In this document: positions 17,407 through 26,762 of the stretch, piece by piece
Layout of the letters: each line of letters begins with the position of its first letter
How positions within the stretch are numbered: position 1 is the stretch's first letter
NCBI GenBank assembly: GCA_965661985.1
Contig: CBFIFY010000041.1
Coordinates: 1-38,744 of the forward strand
Source of the DNA: an uncultured Myxococcota bacterium
GTDB taxonomy: Bacteria; Myxococcota_A; UBA796
Length of the DNA: 38,744 nt
Reading direction: 5' to 3'
Made by a program: the position numbers and the translations under genes
The notes under the pieces: model-generated
Seen by the model: only the letters and a program-made list of their open reading frames with translations
What the model was told of the DNA's origin: nothing
The model's database searches: none

Positions 17407-17961
17407 TTAATCAGATTGTCTCAACGCCCAATCTATAGGACATTCCTGAAGAGATTGCCTTGTACGAGTCACCTCTCGCTGAAAGTTCCACCGTGCTCGA
17501 TACCTTGGCAATGCGACAATTCCGACCCCAAGGAGCACAGCCCCAATCGCCAAGGACGACTGTGCCAACCCAACAACACCAGCAAACACACACAGCGCCC
17601 CACCAATCCACTCAAGAGGTGACAACAAATGAACATCTTTGTGTGGTCTGTACAGAACGTCAACCATCACTGCACCATTTTGCTCTGTTGGTATTAGATG
17701 AACGATTGGCTGATAAGGGGACACATTGACTGGTTCAAGTATCTGTGCCACCTTCCAGCCCTCATCGTCTGACATGCCCATATACCGTTTCTCTGTTTCA
17801 GGTTGCTCTAAAGTACGAACAACAATCCCTGCCCCACTCAATTTGCCAATCAATCGAAACTGTTCAATCACCTCAACATGTTCGCCCAATTGGTTGAACC
17901 AATCTTCTTTGGAAAGTGCCGTCTGCCATTGTTCTCTGTGTTCGATAACCCACCTCATCAT
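17407..17961 (-). CDS. Hypothetical protein with a C-terminal transmembrane segment
   Basis: ORF with an ATG start. Hydrophobic stretch GGALCVFAGVVGLAQSSLAIGAVLLGVGIVAL. No assignable domain. Confidence 0.45.
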   Translation of the reverse strand: MMRWVIEHREQWQTALSKEDWFNQLGEHVEVIEQFRLIGKLSGAGIVVRTLEQPETEKRYMGMSDDEGWKVAQILEPVNVSPYQPIVHLIPTEQNGAVMVDVLYRPHKDVHLLSPLEWIGGALCVFAGVVGLAQSSLAIGAVLLGVGIVALPRYRARWNFQREVTRTRQSLQECPIDWALRQSD

Positions 17962-18041
17962 TGCTGTGCGTTCAAGCTTTACCGGTTGCGTGGACTGTTG
18001 GGAGTGCGATATATGCCCCTATACCATCGCAGTAGGTTTTA

Positions 18042-20174
18042 ATGTCTGTATCCCCAAAACTCTCAACATTCAAAGGCGTTTTCACCCCAACCATTGTCAC
18101 CATCTTGGGTGTCATCATGTACCTACGTCAAGGATGGCTGGTTGGAAACGGAGGGTTGCTGGGCGCATGGCTCATTTTGGGCATTTGCTTGTTCATTACG
18201 GCAACCACTGCTCTATCGCTGTCTTCCATCGCGACCAACGTGCGACTACACGCAGGTGGCGCGTACGCCATCGTATCTCGATCTTTGGGTCGAGAAGCTG
18301 GCGGTGTGGTTGGCTTTATGCTCTATTTGGCACAGTCTCTTGCCATCACCATGTATATTTTCGGTTTCAGAGAAGGGTGGCTCGGAATTTTCCCCGATCA
18401 CGACCCGCTGTGGATTGATCTCTCGGCATTTGTGGGAATGGTTGTCATCGTGCGATTTTTTACCGACTTGGCTTTCCAATTACAATATCTCATTTTCGCC
18501 ATAACCATTCTCAGTGTGTTGTCCGTTTCATGGAAGCCATTTGATACCCGATGGTCTGATATCAACTGGGTGGGTGACTTTGGACAAAGTTATGAAAACT
18601 TTTGGACAGTATTGGCAGTCTATTTCCCAGCACTCACAGGGATTTTGGCAGGGGCTTCTCTATCTGGAGATCTAAAAGACCCGCGACACTCGATCCCAAA
18701 AGGTACATTGTCTGCCGTTGTTGTTGCAGGTCTGGTCTATGGTTGGTTGTCTGTTGTCTATGCTGGAGTTCCGCAATCAGACTTATTGTCCAATTACACG
18801 ATCATGCAAGAGATCTCAGTCTTTCCCTTGTTGATTGCAGTTGCAGTTGTCGGAGCTACCTTCTGTGCTGGTCTGGCGACTTTCGTTGCCGCTCCAAAAC
18901 TAATGCAGGCGTTGGCACAAGACAACCTGTTGCCAAATAGTACCTTTGCCTCGAGCAAGCAAAACTCCCTTTGGCTGACCAGTACACTCGTCCTCATCGC
19001 GATTTTATTGCGCGACCTCAACAGCATTGCTCCCGTCATCACAATTTGCTTTCTGACAACCTATGGCACAATCAATTTAATCGTTCTCATTGAGCAAAAA
19101 CTTGGGTTGCTGTCTTTTCGACCAACATTGCAAGTGCCCAATTGGGTACCTTTCACAGGAGCCATCGGCTGCATCATCATCGCATTAATTGTCAACCCTT
19201 CCATTTCTATGTTGGTATTGTTCATGTTGGCGTTGGGCTATCTACGACTCTCCAAACAAACGCTGAGCACCGCTGAAGAAGAGCGAGAGGACATTCGCAC
19301 CAATCTATTTTTGTCCATTGCTCGATGGGCGGCACAGGAAAGTTTGCAAAATAGAGTGGTCGAAGGGAAAGCTTGGATGCCACACCCTGTAATTCCACTG
19401 TTTGACGAAGATATGGTCTCAACGCCTCCCATGCTCATACAATTGGCAACAGACATGGTACTGCCCAAAGGAAGTATACGATTGCTACACTTGCACACAA
19501 AAGAGCGTACTTGGGAATTGCGTCCTGAACTCTTTGTGCAAGAAAGTCACCTGCCGATGTATGAACCCGACGTTGTCATTTCAACGTGTTTACAATCTCT
19601 GCACAACTCATTTCTTGAACCCAACATTTTCATGCTTCATGAACGTCACTTGGCACATTTTGAAGATCCCAATGATTTTTTGCGTCGATGCTTACACTTG
19701 GGACTCGGATTGATATTGTTGGTGGAAATCCCACACAAGATGGATCCAAGTCCTTGTGTCCAAGTGTGGATACGCCCGCAAAGCCCAGATTGGAATATCG
19801 AATCGGCACAACAGGTCGGTAGTCTTGATCTTTCGCTTTTGATTGCCATTCAACTGTCCAAAGAACGAAACATTCCCGTGCGCTTGGTCACAACGTTGAA
19901 AACGCCAGAAGAGCATCAAAGTGCCGAATCGTATTTGGAAGGAATCCGTCAACTCGGTCGGCTCCCAAAAGAAACCACCGCGCTCGCATTTGTTGGTGAC
20001 ATTTGGAGTGCTGTGTTGCAAGCACCTCCAGTCGAGATTCAAATATTTGGCTTACCGTTGGAGCTCAATGAACAGACGGACAGTGCAACCTCTTTCATCA
20101 AACGCATCAAGTCACAAACGGTTGGTTCTTGCCTGTTTATTCGAGGTTCAGGTCAAGAAAACCTGCTTGCTTGA
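18042..20174 (+). CDS. SLC12/cation-chloride cotransporter-like APC-superfamily transporter with a ~300-aa cytoplasmic C-terminal domain
   Basis: N-terminus KLSTFKGVFTPTIVTILGVIMYLRQGWLVGNGG is the characteristic SLC12 TM1 signature. About 12 TM segments. Long soluble C-terminus. Confidence 0.7.
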   Translation: MSVSPKLSTFKGVFTPTIVTILGVIMYLRQGWLVGNGGLLGAWLILGICLFITATTALSLSSIATNVRLHAGGAYAIVSRSLGREAGGVVGFMLYLAQSLAITMYIFGFREGWLGIFPDHDPLWIDLSAFVGMVVIVRFFTDLAFQLQYLIFAITILSVLSVSWKPFDTRWSDINWVGDFGQSYENFWTVLAVYFPALTGILAGASLSGDLKDPRHSIPKGTLSAVVVAGLVYGWLSVVYAGVPQSDLLSNYTIMQEISVFPLLIAVAVVGATFCAGLATFVAAPKLMQALAQDNLLPNSTFASSKQNSLWLTSTLVLIAILLRDLNSIAPVITICFLTTYGTINLIVLIEQKLGLLSFRPTLQVPNWVPFTGAIGCIIIALIVNPSISMLVLFMLALGYLRLSKQTLSTAEEEREDIRTNLFLSIARWAAQESLQNRVVEGKAWMPHPVIPLFDEDMVSTPPMLIQLATDMVLPKGSIRLLHLHTKERTWELRPELFVQESHLPMYEPDVVISTCLQSLHNSFLEPNIFMLHERHLAHFEDPNDFLRRCLHLGLGLILLVEIPHKMDPSPCVQVWIRPQSPDWNIESAQQVGSLDLSLLIAIQLSKERNIPVRLVTTLKTPEEHQSAESYLEGIRQLGRLPKETTALAFVGDIWSAVLQAPPVEIQIFGLPLELNEQTDSATSFIKRIKSQTVGSCLFIRGSGQENLLA

Positions 20175-20218
20175 TGCTTGTGACTATACAAGCACAGAGT
20201 TCTGCGATAAAATGAACT

Positions 20219-22054
20219 ATGCCTTTTGCTTCAATTCCATGCTATCGACTTGCAAACCATCAACGAATTGATGGGCGACTGTACCTGCGTGACAACGACA
20301 CATTTTTTGAAGCAGACTTTCCTTCACGAGATCGACTGCAGTTGCCCTTTCATATGCTTCTTGGGTACAGTGTTTTGCCAACATCCAATGGTATACAATT
20401 CTTGTCTGAAAACGGTATCGTCACTTTTTACCCGATACCGCTAGAAGATTCGATAGACAATACAACCGCTGCCATTGTCAAACACATCCAACGGCTTTGG
20501 TCACCGAAAACGTTGTCCCTCAACAGTGCACCCACCGAAATGGATACTAGTTTACAGGCCTATCTTGAAGGCGAGACTTCCATCGACAATCAACACTATA
20601 CGGAGTGCTCTGTACAGATTCGCAATGACACCCTTGAAATATTGCGACGCGATGCGTCTACCTTTGTAATTTCGATCACGTCCATTGAACATGTAACCGC
20701 CCGAACAAACCCATTCACTCGCTTGACAATGGTCTCATTTACAAGCGTTCTCGACAGTGGTTCCGTCTCCATTCGAATACAGAGTTCGCAAGGACATCGT
20801 CTGTGGGCACTGATTGACTGTTTGTCTTCCAAACTGACACCACACTATGTTTGGTCCGATAAACCCAACTGGTGGAGTCACACCGCATTCATTTTATTGG
20901 AAGGCGAACTGCGGGGGTACACCGCCCAAATTATTCCCTCCGCATCCCCTGCACCGCTTCAAGTCCCTTGGAACTCCGTTCACACGCTAGACTTTGGACG
21001 CTCACAACTTTTCATACATCATACGCAGGGTCGGACATCTCTTGGTAAGCGACACCCTACTACGTTCTACAAGGGCGTTGTTGAAGGCATTCTCGACCGA
21101 ATCTGCTCTTCGTTTGAAGCAGGAACTGTCGGTATTTGGGATGACGATCGACAAGTACACATCGGTCAACTGACAATACAAGAGTCTCTCTTGAGATTTG
21201 AACCGAGAAATCCACGTTTGGCACCTTTGGAATATCGCCTCAATGAACTGTGGATGCCAGATTTATACGACTCAAGCAAAGCTGTTGTAAAATTGCGGAT
21301 TCCAACAACAGAGCCCCGACCAAAGTGGTTGGTCATTCACTTTGGTTCCGCAACCATTGCCCGCCTTTGGGCTTCTGTCCTCAACATGCCGAGTTCCAGA
21401 CATCCTTGGTTTGAATTGGAAAGAGCCGACTTGGTATCCCTTCTGCACAACCGCAGAGGTACTCTGCAACTGTCTGGCAATCAGAGCATTGACGTGGTGA
21501 TGCACATTGAAGCAAACGGACTCGCGATTCGAAGCAAACACATCTTGCCACTGGATCAACCCCTTGAGTTTTGGTTTGACGATGGCGAACGTCGACTGCG
21601 AATTGAAACCTCCGTATCCTTCAAACAAGATTTACCGGTCCAGCAATGGGTATTGGAGCGGCCTAAACAAATTGATGTTTTTAACCATCGAGCCCACCAT
21701 CGAACACACGTTGAACTGGAAGTGAACATTGTCCCTTTGGCATGGAATGATGCAACGGGCTGGCATACGTTGCCAAAGCAATCTATCCCTGCAACGATGA
21801 GAGACATATCGATCTCTGGATGCGCACTCGACAGTGCAGAAGCCCTGCCACTCGCTGGTCTGTACCTTCTCCAAGTGGAAGAACTTAGATTTCCACTTCA
21901 GATTTTGGGCGTCGCCAAATATCAAAAGGACAGTTTGTCTACAGAGTTGGTCCGAACGGGCATTGAATTTCTGTCGTTGCAACCAACAGCAGTGCGGAAT
22001 CTCATTCAAGAAACCAGAAACAACGACGGTCCACCAGAAGAGTTGGGGTACTGA
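20219..22054 (+). CDS. Large hypothetical protein with a C-terminal PilZ (c-di-GMP-binding) domain
   Basis: C-terminus HRAHHRTHVELEV...RDISISGCAL fits the PilZ RxxxR...D.SxxG motifs. The ~480-aa N-terminal region is unassigned. Start uncertain (no clear SD). Confidence 0.5.
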   Translation: MPFASIPCYRLANHQRIDGRLYLRDNDTFFEADFPSRDRLQLPFHMLLGYSVLPTSNGIQFLSENGIVTFYPIPLEDSIDNTTAAIVKHIQRLWSPKTLSLNSAPTEMDTSLQAYLEGETSIDNQHYTECSVQIRNDTLEILRRDASTFVISITSIEHVTARTNPFTRLTMVSFTSVLDSGSVSIRIQSSQGHRLWALIDCLSSKLTPHYVWSDKPNWWSHTAFILLEGELRGYTAQIIPSASPAPLQVPWNSVHTLDFGRSQLFIHHTQGRTSLGKRHPTTFYKGVVEGILDRICSSFEAGTVGIWDDDRQVHIGQLTIQESLLRFEPRNPRLAPLEYRLNELWMPDLYDSSKAVVKLRIPTTEPRPKWLVIHFGSATIARLWASVLNMPSSRHPWFELERADLVSLLHNRRGTLQLSGNQSIDVVMHIEANGLAIRSKHILPLDQPLEFWFDDGERRLRIETSVSFKQDLPVQQWVLERPKQIDVFNHRAHHRTHVELEVNIVPLAWNDATGWHTLPKQSIPATMRDISISGCALDSAEALPLAGLYLLQVEELRFPLQILGVAKYQKDSLSTELVRTGIEFLSLQPTAVRNLIQETRNNDGPPEELGY

Positions 22055-22084
22055 GCAAAGTTGGACCGGCCGTTCAACCTCATA

Positions 22085-22693
22085 TCATTCGAAAACCGTT
22101 ATGTCTTTTGGACGCACCCATTTTCCGATAAATACAGTGGGCTGATCATCGTCGTACTCAATTCCCAAAGCGTACACCCCGTCCAGACTCCCTCCGTCTG
22201 CATAAGCATACTCTTCATCTGGCAAAATGCCTTTCGGGAGTTCCCCTTCCAAGCCCAAACAGGTTGCAGTTCCCTTTTCAAGGATTCGATAGACTCGACC
22301 ATCAATCGACAGTTCCTCACCCAATGCCAAACTTCTGGGATCCGAATCCAATTGATGCCCGTCCACTCGTTGCTGCACTGCGAACTCATGATTGTCTTCT
22401 GTAATCCAACTGCCCTCTCCAGTATCTGTCAACGCATACCACTCATCCCAAAAGCCATGTCCAAAAGAGTAGCGAACACGACCTACGACTTGGTATTCCA
22501 CAGCACCAATGGAGCATACTGCACCACGATACAGACGCGAAAACCCTTGAGACAATCTAGACTTCCTTCCACTGTCGACCCAATTAGAATCAACCAACAT
22601 CAAGACAGCATCACAATACACACACTGCATCGATAAAGCAGCTGGATTGACCACCTTTTGTTCAGCACCACATTGAGCGCATTGAACCAGCAT
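22085..22693 (-). CDS. Zn-ribbon + DUF4178 domain protein (YdjH-like)
   Basis: CAQCG...CVYCD zinc ribbon followed by GRVRYSFGHGFWDEWYALTDTGEGSWITEDNHEF, typical of DUF4178. Start overlaps the upstream gene's stop. Confidence 0.65.
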   Translation of the reverse strand: MLVQCAQCGAEQKVVNPAALSMQCVYCDAVLMLVDSNWVDSGRKSRLSQGFSRLYRGAVCSIGAVEYQVVGRVRYSFGHGFWDEWYALTDTGEGSWITEDNHEFAVQQRVDGHQLDSDPRSLALGEELSIDGRVYRILEKGTATCLGLEGELPKGILPDEEYAYADGGSLDGVYALGIEYDDDQPTVFIGKWVRPKDITVFE

Positions 22694-22899
22694 TACACAA
22701 TGGCCGCAGCGATAATGATGGACAAACCAATCATCACAGAACCAATGATGATGCCCAAACTGGTGTTTTGATCTTCTTCAATCTCTTTTTGTACCGAGAA
22801 CGGTGAGATTTTTACGATAATGTAGAAAGCGATGATGAACATCACCATTCCAATACCGCTGTAAACCAAACTTGATATTACGTGTTCCATGTCTGTCAT
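22693..22899 (-). CDS. DUF350 family small membrane protein
   Basis: 68 aa, two TM helices ending IIIAAAIV with a central acidic loop (KEIEEDQNTS), typical of DUF350. SD GGGGG. Confidence 0.65.
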   Translation of the reverse strand: MTDMEHVISSLVYSGIGMVMFIIAFYIIVKISPFSVQKEIEEDQNTSLGIIIGSVMIGLSIIIAAAIV

Positions 22900-22914
22900 G
22901 AGACCCCCAATAAA

Positions 22915-23199
22915 TTATTTTCCACCCATCAATCCACCACCCATATGGCTTCGAGATGAATAGTACCCAAAATACGAACCACGACGTTGTGTCGATTGTG
23001 TTGAGTCTTGTCGAATCGACTCCCCTTGCTTCATCGGTTTGGTTACGCCCCAATTATGGGCGGAAGCATAAAAAGAAAACCATGCACTGAAGAAAATCGA
23101 CAGCAAGCCAATCCACCAAAACTGCCGAGGTCTACGGAAACGCTGTAGAAAGGCAGTCACCAAAACGGCAAACATGATCAACACAAAAATAAACATCAT
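22915..23199 (-). CDS. Small two-TM membrane protein with a Gly/Tyr/Ser-rich C-terminal tail
   Basis: ORF translationally coupled to neighbours (ATGA overlaps). Tail GSYFGYYSSRSHMGGGLMGGK. Confidence 0.5.
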   Translation of the reverse strand: MMFIFVLIMFAVLVTAFLQRFRRPRQFWWIGLLSIFFSAWFSFYASAHNWGVTKPMKQGESIRQDSTQSTQRRGSYFGYYSSRSHMGGGLMGGK

Positions 23200-24554
23200 T
23201 AATCTTCAAACCAAAATAAGCATGTCAACAAGAGGGTAAAAAGACAACTAACACCATAAAATGCATTCGGAATATCATTCGGCAAGATGGATACCGTCAA
23301 TCCTCTTTCAATGTTGGTTGCCCCCAAGTCATTTCCCGCAACTGCCGTCAGCAGCAATCGATATCTTCCCGGAGCAATTAACAAACGCTCCTTTGCGCGT
23401 CGAGACCCTTCCGACCAAGACTCTCCACCCTCATATCCATGATAGTAGGACAACGACATATCCGAAACGAACACACTCTTGCTTTGGTCTGCATCTGGAT
23501 AAATCGCTTCTGACCGCAGAAGTTCATCATAGGTTCGTTCTCCATCGTCTTTGTTAGCCGACAGCAGTGCATACTGTATGGACATCCACTCATTGTCAAT
23601 CGAGGAATGAAAGAGGATCGAAGTTGGTTCAAGACCAAATTCACCTTCTACAATCTCAAATGTATCGGTCACGATTTCAATCGGTTGCGTTGGATCTTCT
23701 GATTGGAACTGGCTGGTTAAATAGTGAAAAGAGACAATGGAATCTTCTTCGGCTGCAAAGGTGGCAATCCACATCATAAATAGAAACAGCGACACAAATC
23801 CACCAACCAATATGCCTACATACCGAGCCCAGGCTGGAAGGGCACCTCGGCTCTCTCGCAATCGATCTTTTCTAGATGTTTGTCCAGATGCTTTTCTCCA
23901 TTCTCTATCTGTAATTTCCAGAGAGATGGAACATTCAATCTCTTCGACACCAATCGTTTGCTCGATGGCCATCGTGGTCTTTTTCTGCGAAGCGGACAGA
24001 AATTCAGCAACTTGAACACGATCGCCCTGTTGTGCAACCCACGGTAAAGCGCCATCAACGTGTTCGATACTGTAGGTTTCAACTTCTTGGCGAGCCCACT
24101 TTGAACCGTCCGGCATAATCAATGGCTTTGCCTGCAACGCATTGGCTGGTGGCAACATTCTTGAAGTTCGAGTGACGTAATATCCATAGCCCCAATATTC
24201 CGTTGCCCACAGTGTTCCCATTTGAGGGTGAAACAGCAAGTAATCCTTGGGACCTGGATCACCCTCAGAATCCAAGAAGGAAATTCGACCAATGACCGTA
24301 TATCGCACGCCTTCCCAATCGAAGGGGCTATTCAATTTCAATGTAAACTGATCAAATTCAGGCGAAACTTCCTTTCCCAATGCCTTCAATTCAGCATGGG
24401 TCAATTCCAACCGTTCATTGCACCACCCACAAACCATCAGTTGCGTATGCTCCGAAAACTGCTGCAATGCTCCAGAACAACTGGGACACTGCAATGCCTT
24501 CGGTGTATAGATTGGGCGTGGGGCGTTGGTGGATATTGTAGTTTCTTCTGACAT
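23199..24554 (-). CDS. Zn-ribbon + DUF4178 protein with a transmembrane segment and a ~190-aa extracytoplasmic C-terminal domain
   Basis: CPSCSG...CGWC zinc ribbon. VRYTVIGRISFLDSEGDPGPKDYLLF...TLWATEYWGYGY DUF4178 core. TM YVGILVGGFVSLFLFMMWIATFAA. Second hydrophobic C-terminal end. Confidence 0.65.
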   Translation of the reverse strand: MSEETTISTNAPRPIYTPKALQCPSCSGALQQFSEHTQLMVCGWCNERLELTHAELKALGKEVSPEFDQFTLKLNSPFDWEGVRYTVIGRISFLDSEGDPGPKDYLLFHPQMGTLWATEYWGYGYYVTRTSRMLPPANALQAKPLIMPDGSKWARQEVETYSIEHVDGALPWVAQQGDRVQVAEFLSASQKKTTMAIEQTIGVEEIECSISLEITDREWRKASGQTSRKDRLRESRGALPAWARYVGILVGGFVSLFLFMMWIATFAAEEDSIVSFHYLTSQFQSEDPTQPIEIVTDTFEIVEGEFGLEPTSILFHSSIDNEWMSIQYALLSANKDDGERTYDELLRSEAIYPDADQSKSVFVSDMSLSYYHGYEGGESWSEGSRRAKERLLIAPGRYRLLLTAVAGNDLGATNIERGLTVSILPNDIPNAFYGVSCLFTLLLTCLFWFED

Positions 24555-24606
24555 CGCTCACAGGGTATCGAAAACCCATACAAAATTCAACTGGATTTTT
24601 AGAAGC

Positions 24607-26706
24607 TCAATCGGGACACCCTGCTTGGTCTGTTTGCACCCAATTGTTCCCATCTCCACAATCATCAATATCGAGATTGACCCTCAAAACACCGTTCAAA
24701 ATCTTGTCCGACTCAACCTCAAATTCAATCGGATTACTCAACCCCATCGACGGAATATCGTCAGGTACTGCTTTCACTGTCACCAACGTATCGAAGTCGG
24801 TATAGGCCAAAATCTGCGTACCTGCCCTCAAAGGTCCCAAACCCTGATTGCCGACTTGTACAGCAAACTTGATCGTGTCTTGGGCGCATTCTGTCAAACA
24901 CACATCTAGGTCCAGGGTTCCATCGGGCAGACTCGCCCCGATCTGTCTAGAGATAGCCCCAGATCGAAAATTGTTGTACAGTTGCCAGTTGGGCGTTGGG
25001 TTCGCTGGGATGCTCAAATCGTCTTCAACATTGGTAATGAAATATGCGTGTTGATTCCAAACGGTGCGTGCCGATGGCCAGTTTGAAGATGCCGACCCCA
25101 ATACGGCCAAACCCGTGCGTACAGGATCGGTGTGTGCGCCTCCGTTCACAATGATGATTTCCGCAGACCCGTCTTTGTCCACATCGGCAATCGTTGGATA
25201 CTCGTGTAAAGTACGCGATGTGTGATCAGAAAACTGGAGTCGAGCCTCCCCCGTCATCCCATCCAATACCCACAACTGCTGTTCATCGGCATAGACGACT
25301 TCAGGATAGGCATCGTCTTCAAAGTCAAACACGACCGAACCGGTTGCGTGAGAAGACTCATCTGTGACGGGGCGAGACCACAACACCGTACCATCAGGCT
25401 CAAACACGCTGTAATATTCACCGTCAACGATTCCAATCTCTGGAATGGCATCCCCATCATAATCCGCAATCGTTGGAGGACCACCTGTACCGAAACCTGG
25501 AAGGTTCCACTGTGCCAGCACCGTACAATCTCGTTCAAAAATGGTGACTTGTCCACCACCAACCAACAAGCCTTCTCCACGTCCATCTTGATTGAAGTCT
25601 GCTGCACCTGTGAACCCGTCATAATCGGCTTGCACCGTACAAGATATGTTCATCATAGAATCGTAAATTGTTCTGCCTGCGAGAACCTCCTGATTGCCAT
25701 CACCATCCATATCGAGCGCGACCGAATGGAATCCAATCTCGGCATAAGCCTTGTTGCGCCCTTGATCTCCCTCACCCATCGCCAACACTTCACCGCTTTC
25801 ACCATCCAAGACCATCGCCCCAACCAGTACCTCAACGGTGCCATCTCCAGTCAGATCAGTCAAAAATGGCGCATGACCACCACAACCCTCTTCGACGACC
25901 CCACCGACCCACTCAATTTGCATTTGAGGATTCATCGCCACAACTCGACATTCCACTGGTGGTCCGCAGGTGCAATCGCCAGGTCCACCTGGACCAGGAC
26001 CCGGACCAGTAGGATTCAGTTGCTCTGGAGGAGGCGGTGAAATTGGATTGTCACTGGGTTCGGCAGGTTGACCGGGTTCAGCCTCTTCAGAGGTGTCCGC
26101 AGTATCTGGTAGAGCCGAATCTGCCCCTGTATCGATCACTTCTTCAATGGTTTGGTACACCTCTGCCAAAAATATGATCTCAGGCCCCCCATCAACATCC
26201 ACATCGCCCAGCGCGACATTGGAATAGCGATAGGGATGAACCGTGTAATTATCCAATGTCGCCATTTCGATGGCGTCTACCATACTACCGTCTGCCCCTT
26301 TAAGAATGCGAATGACACCGTGCTTGTCTTCTCGGAAACCCGCATCGTCTGTGATGACCACAATATCTGGATCGTCTGACTGATTGATGAGTCCGTCCCC
26401 ATTGTCGTCCGTCAACTGTCCCACAACGGGCGCCATCACACACTGTCCCCATTCTACATAGTCGTCATAGGCTTGCTTCTCCCATTCCAACGTGACATCG
26501 AGAACACCAGTTGCTTGTTCCTGATAGCAGACTTCTTCCTGACTGAGAGGAATTTCCAACTCCCAAACCCCACTGCACTCCACGAAGGTTTCAGTGACTG
26601 AATCATCCCCTTCAGTTGGTGACGTGGCGGTGTCTTCGGGCAAATTGACACCCTTGTCTTCTGAGAAGTTGTAGTCTACACAGCTGATGATCAAAGCGAG
26701 TATCAT
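24607..26706 (-). CDS. Secreted lipoprotein with FG-GAP/VCBS-type beta-propeller repeats and a Pro/Gly-rich linker
   Basis: Signal MILALIISC. Repeated D.DGDG..E motifs (DMDGDGNQEVLAG, DYDGDAIPEIGIVDGEYY, DVDKDGSAEIII). PGPGPGGPGDCTCGPP linker. Start re-called to ATG 26706 (the longer ORF overlaps the Nudix gene). Confidence 0.65.
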   Translation of the reverse strand: MILALIISCVDYNFSEDKGVNLPEDTATSPTEGDDSVTETFVECSGVWELEIPLSQEEVCYQEQATGVLDVTLEWEKQAYDDYVEWGQCVMAPVVGQLTDDNGDGLINQSDDPDIVVITDDAGFREDKHGVIRILKGADGSMVDAIEMATLDNYTVHPYRYSNVALGDVDVDGGPEIIFLAEVYQTIEEVIDTGADSALPDTADTSEEAEPGQPAEPSDNPISPPPPEQLNPTGPGPGPGGPGDCTCGPPVECRVVAMNPQMQIEWVGGVVEEGCGGHAPFLTDLTGDGTVEVLVGAMVLDGESGEVLAMGEGDQGRNKAYAEIGFHSVALDMDGDGNQEVLAGRTIYDSMMNISCTVQADYDGFTGAADFNQDGRGEGLLVGGGQVTIFERDCTVLAQWNLPGFGTGGPPTIADYDGDAIPEIGIVDGEYYSVFEPDGTVLWSRPVTDESSHATGSVVFDFEDDAYPEVVYADEQQLWVLDGMTGEARLQFSDHTSRTLHEYPTIADVDKDGSAEIIIVNGGAHTDPVRTGLAVLGSASSNWPSARTVWNQHAYFITNVEDDLSIPANPTPNWQLYNNFRSGAISRQIGASLPDGTLDLDVCLTECAQDTIKFAVQVGNQGLGPLRAGTQILAYTDFDTLVTVKAVPDDIPSMGLSNPIEFEVESDKILNGVLRVNLDIDDCGDGNNWVQTDQAGCPD

Positions 26707-26762
26707 AATATTACCGTAGTGGATTTTCTGTCGTCCAGTTGTCAAAAAATGACACAAAGGAC

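Noticed and set aside
20176-20193. Hairpin GCTTGT-gactat-ACAAGC immediately after the SLC12 transporter stop
   Set aside because: Only a 6-bp AT-containing stem with no downstream T-run. The following PilZ gene is 45 bp away and probably co-transcribed. Not convincing as a terminator.
25222-26040. 272-aa and 114-aa plus-strand ORFs inside the FG-GAP lipoprotein gene
   Set aside because: Antisense artefacts of a GC-richer, repeat-containing coding region. Pro/His/Arg-rich nonsense composition.
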